From the NCBI GenBank assembly GCA_951406725.2, contig OX597837.1:1922001-1986000 (forward strand): a stretch of DNA of 64,000 bases, written 5' to 3'. This stretch comes from Octopus vulgaris. Lineage: Eukaryota. The position numbers and the translations under genes are program-made. Below the pieces are notes generated by a model. It was not told the origin of the DNA, did no database searches, and saw nothing but the letters and a program-made list of their open reading frames with translations. How positions within the stretch are numbered: the first letter of the stretch is position 1; each line of letters starts with the position of its first letter. Of this stretch, positions 27,166 through 41,405 are shown one piece after another.

Positions 27166-27760
27166 TATTATCATTGTTATTATTATTGCTGGCTACGGCG
27201 TTCAAAACACGGTGGAGAATGAAAAATGTTTTATACAACTGAGTTACTGCCCTTTAACAATCGAAATGAAAAACAAGATGGAGTTAGATTTAATTTTCCT
27301 CGTTCCAGCGTCGATAGAATACGCAATGGTAATCAACTAAGAGTCGATTTAATCGATTTTAGTCCAAACATACAACTTTATAGTCACGTGCCAATATTAG
27401 GTAATTAGTACAGTTAAGATGATAATGAATATAATTATCATTATTATTATTGTTAATATTATTACTATTATTATTAAAACTGACAATGTTATAACAAAGA
27501 TTGCCAAACATTATAATGTAAACATTTTAATTCTGTACACACACAAAAAGAAAAAAATGAAAAAATTACAAAAAAAATAGTTTTCTACCCTTCCCTGAAG
27601 TTTATATTACTACTTCCTGTCGTTTCTTTCCCCCCACACCAGCAAGAAAACTCAACTGTTGTTTTACACTCTGGTTATTATTATTGTTCTTTACATATTT
27701 TAGAATACAAAGCTATCCTGTCTTCCCCCGCCTCTACTCATCCCTCTCTGTTGGTTATCA

Positions 27761-27816
27761 AAAACATAATACCAAAATATAATACCAAAATATAATACCA
27801 AAATATAATACCAAAA
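27761..27816. repeat. 13-bp tandem repeat (ATAATACCAAAAT) x~4
   Basis: Direct reading. Confidence 0.85.
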
Positions 27817-27877
27817 ATTCGAATTACAAAAAAAAGTGATTGGACATTATTGCAGTTTAAAGATGCTTCGAAGGAAA

Positions 27878-27996
27878 CATATACATATGTATATATATGC
27901 AAATATGTATGTATATATATGTGTGTGTGTGCGTGTGTGTGTGTCTGTGTCTGTGTGTGTATATATATATGCAAATACATGTAAGTATATATATGC

Positions 27997-28054
<58 letters not shown>

Positions 28055-28473
28055 TTATATATGCAAATATATACAAAAACAAATATATATATACATTTAT
28101 ATAGAAATATATACAAAAATGCATATTTATAATGTGTATATATATATATATATATATAATACATATATATATATATGTAAATATATTTATATATATATAC
28201 ATATAATATATATATACATTTATATAGAAATATATACACAAATATATATTTATAATGTATATATATATATATGTACATATATAGATATTGATTGATTTAT
28301 GTGTATATATATATATACAAATATACATATAATATATATATATGCACACATATATATATACTTTTAAATATATATATACAAATATATATACATATATGAA
28401 TATATACATACATATACATCTATTTATATACAAATATACATACGTATACATATATATACAAATGTACATACGT

Positions 28474-28508
<35 letters not shown>

Positions 28509-28652
28509 AATATATATACATATACATATATATATAGAAATGTATACACATATATATACAAATATATATACATAAATATATATACAAATATAAATATACA
28601 TATATATATATATACACACAAATGTATATATATATATATATACAAATATATA
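27878..28652. repeat. Long degenerate (TA)/(CA) low-complexity tract
   Basis: Direct reading. Similar tracts at 15376-15776, 33185-33550, 34840-35520 and 57900-58530 generate most of the spurious YI-rich ORFs. Confidence 0.95.
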
Positions 28653-29211
28653 AACAGGCGCATATATTCATACGCTTACACAAACATACACACACTTTAA
28701 CTATTCGAGAAACAGTAAATGTTGCTACCAAAATTCACATTCTTCTGACGTTAAATTTCCTATTATTTCTTAAGAGTAATATTAACAAAACGAACTATGA
28801 TGCGAATAGTAATAATCATAATTCTGACAATAATAATAATGATGGTGTTGAAGATAAGCTTTAAGATGATACTGCCTGTAGCGATGACAGTAAAAGCACG
28901 GAATAAAAAGTAATATAATATATATATATATATATATATGCATGGGGGCATTTCCCGCAATATGAAAACGTTGATTCGCGGAATTTCTTACCGTAACGTG
29001 GAGTTCCGCAATGCAAATATTTTCCTCATTTATTACGTTGTCTGACAGCCAATAAAAATATGTTTAATGATGATGAGATTCGCGTTACCGCTAGATTGAT
29101 TTCAGTAGCGCACCATTTCCTTTACCTGGGGGTTATCAGTCAATGGTGCTTATATACATAGAAGACAATAAATTTAGTAAATTTTCACTTCATACACCAT
29201 GGATTATTAAG

Positions 29212-29249
29212 AATAATGACGTTTTGATGAAAACTCTTCATCAGATATT
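29212..29249 (-). ncRNA. Decayed minimal hammerhead motif at the end of a PLE remnant (~29100-29650)
   Basis: Minus strand AATAT CTGATGA A GAGttttcATC AAAA CG TC ATTATT (GAAA changed to AAAA). Upstream minus-strand remnants PCY*CSKC and IVET*HI resemble the GIY-YIG region. Confidence 0.4.
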
Positions 29250-29664
29250 AAAAGCTCGTGTCACTGATAAAATAATTTCTTGGCGATAGAGTTATAATCA
29301 TTAAATGTCAGTATTGTTTTCTCTTCGCGGAATATGGTTTCATATGCGGATTTTCTTAAATCACTTTTGCCTTCCTAGAATATTTCAGATTTACTCGGAC
29401 CCTCTTTTCTTATATATGTCAAGTTTCAACGATGCTGGTATTTCTCAGTTCAGATTTGACTGCGTGGCATCCCAAAAAGCCTCTTTCATCGGAGGTGCCT
29501 ATCGTTTATCGATGAGATCTTTTATGTAAGTTGATACAATAAAGTCCTTGATTATCCGTTGCGGTTTAGCATTTTTATGCACTTGGAACACTAATAGCAG
29601 GGCTTCAAACAACCATAATGTATGTAGGGACTTTAATATAAACTTGCGTGTATCCTTATTCCTC

Positions 29665-29750
<86 letters not shown>

Positions 29751-31369
29751 CGTGTTTATGTTCAGTAATAATAAAAACAATTTAGAATTAATCTAGGTTA
29801 GTCTATGTTTTGTAGAGTACAAACCTATTATTCTTTAGCAAAGAAGGTTATTGATAGCGACTTCAAAGTTTCGACCAGTTAAGCCATCACTAGATTATGG
29901 TTTAACTGGCCGAAACTTCAAATTCACTGTCAATAATATCCTTGTGTGGGAATTTTACTCATACACATATATGTACTAGGAGGGGAAGGATCTCTGTCGC
30001 TCAACGACGAGGATTCTCTGAATTCAACTGAATTACCTGCTCCTTTATTGAAATATAAGTGGCTGAACATTCTATATGAACATGTATATCTTCGATGAAT
30101 TGTTTGGCAAGACTTTATCTTTTAAATTAACTACAAGTAAAATCTATGTGACGGGCTTCTATACAGTTTCCGTCTACCCCATTTCAGTGGCTATAGAGAA
30201 TACATTTGCGGAAGATACCACGAAGTGAAATCGAACTCGTTGCCTCGGGATAACGAAGCGAACTTATTAAACATACGGCTGTAGTGCCCGTGCACATGCA
30301 CAGAAACATTCGTGCTTGTGTATCGCTACTGGTCTCCGGTTCCGTGGAATTGCTCCCACGCATTCTATTGTTGATAAATGTAAACTCACAAGATGAATAA
30401 TGATAACAATAGCAATAAGAACGATTTATTTATTTCACTTTATGAGAAATGTCCACATATTTATAGAAAACGAGTTACAAAAGAGTATAGAATATGAAGG
30501 CACGTGCACATATATTACAAATTTCAAAAAAAGTAAACGTGGGTTTGGGTAAAAACAGTATTCACTGCATCAAAATATTACAAATGAAGTAAATACGGAT
30601 GAATGACACTAAAAGTTAAATAAATATATGAAAACAAAGTAATCAATTGACAAGAGGGTAACGAGGACGCCATCTAGGTTAGATTGCGACAACCCTTAAA
30701 CCCGAATAATTTCCGCCCCTAACGGTGCCCGTGCGTATCCGATGTGTGTCAAGGAGAGGATCCTGGCACGTCTCTATAGAGGTATTTTCAGCAGTATATA
30801 GACTACTGCTGTAGTTTCCATTAGCATTCTATGATTTCAGTCACCCCACCCCAATCTTTTATCAACAACTCTATTGATTCCTTATAGTTTCCATTAACAG
30901 TCTATCATCTAAGTTCCAATCTTTTCTTCTACTAGCCCATTGTTCTATCTTCATCTTTTAGGTCTTTCAAGTGGTCCATTAGCTTCAATTTGGCAATTTA
31001 AAGAAACGTGAAATTTTTGCCATTCTGTTGGACTGATGAGCTTCTGTCCAAGGATCTTGCTTGTCTTCGTCATAGGTTCGATTGTCTGTAGTTTGTTTTT
31101 ACGCTTTATTTCTTTTGTATTCTCCCCGCCATTTTATCACGGTTCTCCAGTCTAGATTCCCTCCGCATCTTTATGAAGCGATTGTGTGGAATTACTTGTT
31201 GTGACCTTTGGTTGCCACTCTACTCCGTCGGATTTCCAGACGTCGGATCCTGGCAACTTTTCACGACGTTGCTATTAGAACTATATTTCCTAGAGCCCAA
31301 TGTTGTTGTTGTTGTAGCTGCTGACACTGTTGCGAACCACTGCCATTTCCCTTCTTTGATTTTGAAAAT

Positions 31370-31990
31370 TCTACTGGAGAGAAAGCCCTCAGGGATCTTT
31401 TAAAGTCACAGGGCTTTCTGTTCAGTTCCACTAAACTAAACGCTTTATTTTCTGCACCCAAAATTGCATAAACCTCTGGGATAGCTTCAGGTTATTGTGC
31501 GCCATAAGGATTTGCATGTTAATGCATACCCTTACTCGATCACGTTACCTTTGTGTTTAAAACCTCAGTTTGCCGTGAAAGTGACGACGAATCACAAGCC
31601 ATTGTCCATGAAACTAGTGCTTTGTCTCCTCTATATACCACCAACAACCTCTGTGAGGGTGTATCGTCCACCAGCTTTGCATATTTTTCGTCTGGTCATC
31701 AGTATTTAAGGACCAGAAACATTTTTCATTTGCCCAGCGCTTGTCTGCAGAGACGAGGTCGTTCAATACATCGGCTAGATTTTCTTCCAAAACCTACTTT
31801 GGGGCATTTAAAACTCCCCTCCCTTCTTTTGAGATGCAGGGTTTGTTCTAATTCCTCATTGTTTGTTCTACGATGGAAACCTCGTGGATGGAGATACAAG
31901 CCTTTGTTATAGATCTCTGGCTTTTTTTTTCCAAAAGATGACTCGTGTTCAACATTTCTATCTAGCTTCCAGGCTAGCAAACCTTGTTAA
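31370..31990 (-). mobile_element. Degenerate L1/Tx1-like ORF2 linker/pre-RT fragment
   Basis: Minus-strand remnants KRWANEKCF and NKAFSLVEL...SPVEFSK resemble W..EGEK...F and F...EL...PGxDGxPxEFxK; frameshifted. Confidence 0.4.
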
Positions 31991-32644
31991 AACTTTGGCT
32001 CACGCCAATTCTGTGTGTTATGATGTGAATGTTTATTTTTTGTTTCCTTTTCCTTTTTTTTTACAAATGTGTTTATATATTCATCTGTCGTTTTCTTTTT
32101 CTCTTTTAACAATTTTAATCTGTTAAATATTTGGAGGCATCTATGCTACTTCTACCACCTTTATGGGAGTCTGCACATACTGACACCACAGGGGACGCCA
32201 TGCATACAAACATTTTTTTGAATACATGACAAAAATGAAGCATTTTTCAAAATGTAGAACCATTTTCTCCTCCAAACGGAGTAAAAGAAAAATTTAAGAC
32301 AAAAAATACGCACTTCTCTCCCTTGTATAAAACGGGTTCACACAAACACGACACAAAAAGTACATTCAGTTTGAATGGTACGTTAAAAGGTAAAAAGTTA
32401 AAAGTTCTTTGTTGACAATACCAAATAATAAAATAAAAATGATAATGAGGACGATCGATAGTGTAGAACATTACTACAAAATATTTGATAGATGTTTGAA
32501 CGCGGTCCTAATTTAAAGTGTCCCGCGATCAAATCTCGCTTCAGCTACCCTATGCCTTTCCAGCTATCATAACACTATATAATTGAAGATCAATATAAAA
32601 ATGTTATAAATGTGACTCGACTACAATATGTACAGATACATATA

Positions 32645-32765
<121 letters not shown>

Positions 32766-32845
32766 GAGTGGCCGAAAAAGCGAACGGAAGTAGCACTCAA
32801 CACATAGTTGCGTTTCTTGAATAACAAGTTGACTCAGTTACTCAC

Positions 32846-32936
32846 ATTATGTGAAATTTCGTGGACATGCGCACATGTCCTCCTCTTTTGACATTCAGAA
32901 GCCAGAAACGATGGCTTTGCTTTCAGGGCTACGAAA
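32846..32936 (-). CDS. Candidate secreted-protein gene, 91-nt Cys-containing exon
   Basis: Strong acceptor ggtttatcctctttag and donor AAT|gtgagt. Only the phase-2 frame is open: FVALKAKPSFLASECQKRRTCAHVHEISHN. The next exon was not identified. Confidence 0.48.
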
Positions 32937-33207
32937 CTAAAGAGGATAAACCAACTTGTTACTATATATATATATACATTAGTCTGTATTGATTACTCAA
33001 ACATATATTAAGTTATTATCGTTACCGTTCTTCTGTGGAAGAGTCACAAATAATACGACAGAGTATAATGAAAGAGCGAACAGTTTTTACAGATCCTTTC
33101 ATTCATTTTTCGATTTTTCAATAATCCTATTTTGTTTGTATAAATAGCTTTAATGACATGGCATCTCTCTATAATAAACAAATAATACACACACACAAAC
33201 ATACATG

Positions 33208-33261
<54 letters not shown>

Positions 33262-33292
33262 TGGTCCATTAGCTCCAATATATATATATTGC

Positions 33293-33342
<50 letters not shown>

Positions 33343-34036
33343 GTATAATACAGACATGCATAATGCATACTTACATGCATATATATATATATATATATAT
33401 ACATACATGTATATACATACGTACATATACACACATATATACACACATACATATATGCACATACATATATACACGCATACACACACACACACACCCACAC
33501 ACACACACACACACACGTATATATATATATATACATGCATATGTAACCTGAACAAATTTTATGATATACCACAGAAATGACAGACAGCACAGCACATATA
33601 TTCCCATGCACACTTGTACGTAAACATTCGTATGCATATATATGCATGTACACACAAATAGGTACTCATACATATCGGAATACATGTACAAAAACATATA
33701 CATACATGCATAAACATTTATATACATACCTACTCACACTCCCATGTGTATATAAGACGGTATATATTTGATATAAGAAACGTTTTTTCTTCACATTTTT
33801 CTTGTTTTTTTAATGAGTGAGTTTATTGTTTTTTATTGTTTTATATTTTTGTTTCTCTTGTTAATCTTGTTTTTTTCTATTGTTGTAGTTGTTTCTGTTT
33901 CTTTGATTCACTCGTAATCGTTGCTGATCAATGATATTGATGATGTTGATGATGATGATGATGATAAGAATGAGGAGGGAAAGAGATGAGGAAGCTTCTG
34001 AGAATGATAAAAATGGTGACGATGAAGGATGAATAA

Positions 34037-34080
<44 letters not shown>

Positions 34081-34496
34081 GAAAAGTGCCGATGATGATT
34101 GTGGAGAAGAAAAAGACGATTTCAATAGCAATGAGGGCGGTAATGGTGACGAAACTTTCGATACTTAAACTGTACTTTCACTTACCTCATCATCATTCTC
34201 ATTCTCATTTTATATCGTCATCAACATATGTCATGATCATCATCATCATCATCAACAGCTTCAAAAGCAGCAACATTCTCATGTCAACCATTATAATGAT
34301 ACAAACGATGTTGATGATTATGATTACAAGAAAGAGAACTTGGAGTAAGAGGAAGACTATAGAATGATATACGAATATTTCACACAAATATCAGTCACTT
34401 ACAGTGAAGTGATGTAGGTGCACACTGGCAACCATAATACATACAGAATCCCATATACACATACATAGTCTCCTCATTCTCTCTCTCCCCCTTACA

Positions 34497-34561
<65 letters not shown>

Positions 34562-34913
34562 TCACAATAACAACTATTTCTTTCAATGAAACAAGACAGT
34601 GGCATACACGTTGTCACAAAAACCGCATTTACATACGCCGGGTACGCAAGTCTTACCCACAAGATATACACACACAAGAATTTGTAAAACATAGAGCGTG
34701 TAAAATTCCACCCCCAAAAAGTAGTCTGTCCACTTAAGGAAGATGTAAATAATTCAGATTTAGTAAAATGCCGGGTAGGCGGTACTAAAGGTTGTGTTTA
34801 TACACCCACTTCTTTTGTCTTTTTTATGTATAATATGTATGCATAATATATACATACATATCTATATTATATATGTATATATTTATACGTTTACATTCAT
34901 ATACGTGCATATA

Positions 34914-34951
<38 letters not shown>

Positions 34952-35093
34952 TTTATATACGTATGTATATATATGCATATGCATATATGTATATATATAT
35001 ATATATCTATATATATGCATATATATATAATTATATGTATATATACATATATATACATATATATAGACATACGTGTATATATAAATGCACGTA

Positions 35094-35137
<44 letters not shown>

Positions 35138-35208
35138 CAATGTGTATTTGTATATTATATATATACACACACATATATATATATAACTATATATTTACAA
35201 TGTTTATG

Positions 35209-35255
<47 letters not shown>

Positions 35256-35923
35256 TACGTATGGGTATATCATATTTGTGCTCGAATTGGAGTGTATATA
35301 TCCATAAATACAGTGATTGTATATGTATATATGCGTATATATATCTGTATTATGGGCACCCATACAAAAACCCATAAATACGTGTATATATATATATACA
35401 TATATACACACACAAATGCGTATATATTTATATACATGTATATACGTATGCATTTATCTACATATGTGCTTACATGTTTGTTCATATATATATATGTGTG
35501 TGTGTATATATATATGCATAAATGTAAAATGATTCTTTTTTTATAAACCAAGAGGCCTAACTCAAATTTCAAGGAAGGTCAGACTGGGGTGGGGGGTAAA
35601 ATAAAATAAAAGACTTAACAGACATTTACTAAAGGAACTGGCCAAAAGCGAACCAAAGACGTTGTCTTTGGGACACGCAACAGTGATACTATTACTAATA
35701 ATATTATTAATAATAATAACAATATTAATTTCTTACCTTAGACAGGTAAAACTATTTACTTAGATGTTTTATATTTCAATCAACCTTTTATTTAGACTAG
35801 TATCCCATAATTCCATTCACACGCATGCGCACCTGGTAGTTTGAGGGTTCGTTTCAAATTAGTTCGAACCCCGGTGATTATTTTTTTTATGTCTATATAT
35901 ATATATATACATAATATATATAC

Positions 35924-35993
<70 letters not shown>

Positions 35994-36897
35994 ACATGTA
36001 TTTGTGTCTTGTATATGTATGTATATATGTGTATATGTATATATATATGTGTATATACACACATGTGTATATATTAAAAATTTATAAATTAATTATATAA
36101 ATATATATGCATATCTATATACACATGGTTATGTTAATTTTGATATATGTATCTGATTATACATTATATATATATATATATATATTATGTGCATGTATGT
36201 ATGCCTGTATATGCATGTATGCGAGCATGTCTGTCCCGTATGAATGTATGTTATATATTGAAAGATATATATACACCTACGTATATATACATATATACTT
36301 GCATACATATATATAGTGTCTCCTGTCCCTTTTTTAACTGTATAAAAATCTATGCATCTTAAATTCATGTGTCACGTGTTCATTCCTTCTTTCACTGTTG
36401 TCTTTTTTATTGTTCATTTTTTCTTCCACTATTGTCTTTCTTTTTTTATTGCATGTGGAACCTAAACCGTTCATTTCGTTTCCAGACCATGTAGCGAATG
36501 AGTCTTTTTGTCCATGTAATCCAGAGCAATGCAAAGTCTTCATTATAACACTAAGATTTTAGTTGCAGGAAATGTGATATTACTGTTACTGTATTTTAGC
36601 ATTAAAGTTAGATCTAAATGCATCACCAGGTAAAGTATTTTGCTCCGGAACACAACGCATTTCCCGAACCGGAAATAGATCTTGCGACCGAGTGTTCAAC
36701 ACTCTAAACACTCTGCAACGCGTCCTCATTAAATAAATTTTGTGTGATTAGTGGGATACACTCTACTCTTGTTTTCTTCGAACTTCTCATGTATTCTGGG
36801 CACACTTTGATTCTGCTTTTATTTTTTGGTATGAGAATCGTTAATGGCAGCGTAGTTGTTTTTACTGTAGAAAGTAACTAATAATGGACACACTCAC

Positions 36898-36931
36898 CTG
36901 ATATATACGTTTTGAAAGCCGATCTTGACAT
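36898..36931 (-). CDS. Candidate secreted-protein gene, 34-nt exon
   Basis: Acceptor cattttttaataccag and consensus donor CAG|gtgagt. Phase 1 to 2, reading (N)VKIGFQNVYI(S), in frame with both neighbouring candidate exons. Confidence 0.42.
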
Positions 36932-38483
36932 CTGGTATTAAAAAATGTGACGTAGAGAAAGCACACGTTTTAGTGTGTGTGTGTGGTTAGATAATTTTAG
37001 GCTTTACATGTTGTGGCTAAACTTCAGTTTAAATATTGTTTGGTAGTACATTAGGCGAACATAAAACACTAAGGATTGTTAAGCTAATAACCGTTTGATA
37101 CGGTGTGCAGAAAAAAATGCCCAGAGGTTACAAGTTAACAACTGTTTGAACAGCAAACATTTGTTGCTGTTATCACGTGTATGACAATCTCAAGATATAC
37201 ACGGTTGAATGGGGCCAGATCTGTCGTACCCTTGACAACAGCAACAAGTGCAAGGGTTCAACCAACGATGGTAGCTACAAAACAAATAGTTAGATGTTAG
37301 CTACATGTGGATATCATCACATCCGGCCTAACTTCACTTGTTAATAAACATCAAAACATCAAAGGCGGGAGGTTTTTATGCCGCACTCTATATTATACAT
37401 TATAAGTATTGTTCACGAGTGGTGAATTGTGAGAGATAACATTTGTCTACTATTAAGACAACAGGCTGGCAGAATCGTTAGCATGCCAGGCAAAATGCTT
37501 AACAGCATTTCGTCCGTTTTACGCTCTGAAACTCTGCCCCACCCCACCGAATTGTTGGCCTTGTGTCAGAATTTGAAACCAATATTTAATTGTCCACGTT
37601 ATTTTCGTTTTGTACCAAAGTCCAGACTCAGCATGATAAGCTTCCAAAAAGAACATATCCGACAACTCTACAGAATATCTAATTCGAATGTAATACAACA
37701 TAAATTGAAGACTATATTAACTGTAGTTAAATCGGGAAATACGCAACACAACTACGTCGGTCTTGATTAATGTAGAACTTCTTAGTAAAGCATAGATTTC
37801 ACAAATCGCCGAACCAGTGGAAAGTGCATCAATAAATAGATTTGTTCTAGCATTTAAAAGAAAATAATCTTCACTGGAATTGATTACTCAGAGGAGACTG
37901 CAATATAAAAATGTAACAGTTAACATATTTATTGCATTGAGCACTAAATGATTATGAAGTGAGTGTGGAATGGTTTGTTGAAGGAACGGTATCTTTGCAG
38001 GGAAATGTGGTTTATCATAGTTTGAGGAAGTGACATTAATCAAATGAGATATTAATCATAAAGCATTAACAAAAGACAGTGGTGGGTGATTTCGGGTGTT
38101 GAGAGATGAGGCGACAAAGAAATACGACCAGGCAGCGAAACAAGACGCAGGCAGAGAGAGAGACACACAAGGCAGGCAGAGAAAGAAAGAGACAGACAGA
38201 CAGAGGCAGGTAGCCAAGGCAGAGAGACAGGCAGGTAAGTAGGCAGGCTAACAGAGACAGAGACATACAGTGAGGGACAGATGGACAGGCAGGTCATTCA
38301 GGCAGGCAGACAGAGAGGCGGCCATAAACAGAAAAACGACGCATGGAAAGACAGCAGAGGTTCACATATCGAGAGATTTATAAATATATCGATAAATATA
38401 TAGAGAGAAACGATGGACAATTAAACTAAATCATAACATTTGAGGTAGCCTCCTTGAAATACAGAAATACAATATTTATACAC

Positions 38484-38531
<48 letters not shown>

Positions 38532-38685
38532 AAAGACAAGAATGATGCATGAAGAGAAGTCATAGGCGAACGGCTAAGAAGCTCACTTCTAAATTTCAAG
38601 ATTCAGGGTTCAAGCTTACAATATGGCACGGTTGGACTATATTTTCTCCAACAGTTACGAGGACCAGATTGTTAAAATATAGAAC

Positions 38686-38756
38686 ACAGAGAGAGCACAG
38701 AGGGAGCACAGAGGGAGCACAGAGGGAGCACAGAGGGAGCACAGAGGGAGCACAGA
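38686..38756. repeat. 11-bp tandem repeat (CACAGAGGGAG) x~6
   Basis: Direct reading. Confidence 0.9.
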
Positions 38757-38799
38757 CAGGAGAGGGTAGTAAAAGGGCATACAAATGACAAAAGATTTA

Positions 38800-39170
38800 C
38801 AGAAACAATGCAATACAAGACAAAGATATATACAGTGTACATGTAAGTGATGTTATTGTCCTCTCCTTACAGGACATCCGACAAGGGTCAATCACTTAAC
38901 TCCCACAGATTCAGGGTCTCTCCCGACCCCGAGGGTGATTTTTCTCAAGGGTCATTCTCCAACGTACAGGAACATAGCGCAAACTCATCATACCAATTTC
39001 TCATCTGTCGGCCACATTTTAAGACACTTAAAGGCAAAACAGTACGTTCCGCATCACACATGCCTTCCTTTCCATGTGGAAAGTGAGAAAGATTGAATGA
39101 CGAATTGACCAAACGGGAAATAGTCTGAGCTTGAAGCATTTCAGTTTTGTGCACCATGTAACTTACCAGG
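38800..39170 (-). mobile_element. Degenerate L1/Tx1-like LINE 3' end
   Basis: Minus-strand VTWCTKLKCFK...IFLTFHMERKACVMRNVL aligns by eye with the 8870-9390 copy (VVWWTRLKG...FFKYHLKRKLRVKRKVL). Confidence 0.5.
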
Positions 39171-41049
39171 GTCCAATATCACAATAGTACTTCTGTTGGC
39201 TTTGTTTAGTGGGAGGGAGAGCGCTGGAGTGGCCGCCATTTTATTTGATCATACAACTGGAAGACGCAAAAACTGGTGGCCACAACGCAGCCAAAAGCCT
39301 GCAGAAAACCGTCTGCCTTGCCTCGAGTAGTGGGACAATCTCAAAATATGCATTGTTGATTGGGGCCAGATCCGTCGTACACGTGACAACATTTATTCGA
39401 TCTAACTCTACAACGCAGTAATGCTCGGATCTTTAGTGCGAGCGCGCAGGTTTCATTTCTCAAAGCTCAATTTGCATTTGAAAGAGTCCTCTCTGACAAC
39501 ACTTCCGCATATGTACCATTTATCCCGAACGGGTAGCACTCTCAGAAATACTACTTTTACCATTATGAGCGGTTAATTTTAATTCTGTAGCTTATAGCTT
39601 CTGCTTGTGTTCCTATAATAAGGGCTTTGCCTGGGGATGGAAATGATAACACAATTTAAACAACGAGATAGTACAATAAATGAACCGGATTGGATCGAAT
39701 TTACTTATCCTCATCTGTGAACCCGCGAGAGCGCTGGAGCAGCCACCATTTTATTTGACTATACGATGGAAGACGCAAAAACTGATGGTTTTACGTTGAC
39801 CGCTGAAAATAACGATGTCTCTGCTATTAGTTACCCGTAAATACATAACCAAAAGGCTGATCGGATTTACGCCTTCCAGGGATATAATAAGACGAAACCG
39901 CGCCCACTAAAACTTACTCGCGATCGGGGTTAACCTTATACACACATGCATACAGGCATACATGACCTAAAATGAGGGCACATGTTGTACAAACAATATT
40001 AATTTCACTTTAGTAATTAAACTAAGTATACTTAACATGAAATAATTGCCTAATTAAAAGTTAACTAACGAACTTATAATATTACAAATCCAATCATGTC
40101 TCTACAATTTTTGTAGGTCTCTTCGAAACCAATTTTATTTCGGCTTTTTGGTGCAATGCTAGAGCTAAATACTTCCTCGTCGCAGTTTTTCGCAGACTCG
40201 TTAGATACGCTACCTGAAGTCGATCACACGAATAAAAACAGATACAATAAATTAATACCAAGAGAAAGACAGATTAAAATTTAAAAAAACAAAAAAAACG
40301 CTTATCAAGCTTCCCTTTAGACAATGGTGGGAGTGTAGAGTTACTGAACATTACCCAATTAGCTGAACTGATAACGCGCCGGGGATAAATGAAGATACAA
40401 AGGATCAAATACGGTAAAAGAAATCGAACTATTTAACAGGAATTAATACAGTATTGCTGGAAAAATGTATGTATGTATATATATATATATATATATAATA
40501 TTCCAGTAAAATAAAGCCCCATAAGGGTAGAATTATACATATATAAACAGATGAATGGAACAAAAAGGCACCAATATTTACTGGAAAATAGCAATCGATA
40601 CAAATACGACGCTATTATAAAGCTTCACTGCGTATTTACTAGCAAAGACGTGTGTGTGTGCAACAAACATAAAAAAATTGTCTTACCTCTAAGAAGAACA
40701 TATATATATATATATATATATATAATTAACATCTAATGTAGGATAACATTTTTCGAAAAAAAAATTCTATCAATGGCCAGCATATTAAAAAATACCTTTA
40801 AAGGTTAAATTTATAAACGATTTATAAGTAAGGGCAAACAGTGATAAATTACATGGTTATTGACGTTATGTCTATTTTCGGCATATTTTGGCATTAGAAG
40901 TTTTTTCTTTTGCCCTTACTTATAAATTATATATATATATAATTTAAAGAAATCTGCTGATGCAAATCAAAATCTGCAGGATAATCATGATAATCAATCA
41001 GATTAAAAGATTCCAGGTCAATGGAACATTATCATGCATTAAATCAGGG

Positions 41050-41405
41050 TAGACTTGACTGTGTGATAAGAAGCTTTCTTCCCAACCACATGGTTCCGGG
41101 TTCAGTCCCATTGCGTGACATCTTGGTCAAGTGCCTTCTACTGCAGCCTCTGGCCGACCAAGGCCTTCTGAGTGGATTTGGTAAACGAAAGTTGAAACTC
41201 CGATGTCCCCCCCCCCACACACACACACATCGCCGCTTGACAATCAGTGTTTGTGCATTTACATTCCCATTGCTCGGGAAAGGAAACCAGTAAAATAAGT
41301 ACTAGGCTAGAAAAAAATAAGTCCTGGGGTCGATTTATTAGACTCTAAAAACCCTTCGGGGCGGTGTTCCAATATCATCGCAATCAAATATACTGAAACA
41401 AGTGT
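41050..41405 (+). mobile_element. SINE family B (long form)
   Basis: gtgtgataagaagctttcttcccaaccacatggttccgggttcagtccca...gccgaccaaggcc...gagtggatttggta...aataagtcctggggtcgattt. Confidence 0.8.

Noticed and set aside
29550-29590. Minus-strand CSKCIKMLNRNG* as the terminal exon of the candidate gene
   Set aside because: Lies within a decayed Penelope-like remnant that ends in the 29212-29249 hammerhead relic.
33925-34170. Acidic D/E-rich reading that looks like a protein tail
   Set aside because: Degenerate (GAT)n repeat with in-frame stops and no convincing splice context.
34403-34424. 22-nt minus-strand micro-exon with a GTAAGT donor, phase-compatible with the candidate secreted gene
   Set aside because: The acceptor lacks a polypyrimidine tract; the 34-nt exon at 36898-36931 has better sites. 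Kept only as a remote alternative.
40074-40213. Minus-strand phase-1 open segment (SSVSNESAKNCDEEVF...GFVIL*) as an alternative next/terminal exon after the signal-peptide exon
   Set aside because: Mediocre acceptor and no clear donor or recognisable motif; cannot be distinguished from chance without RNA data.
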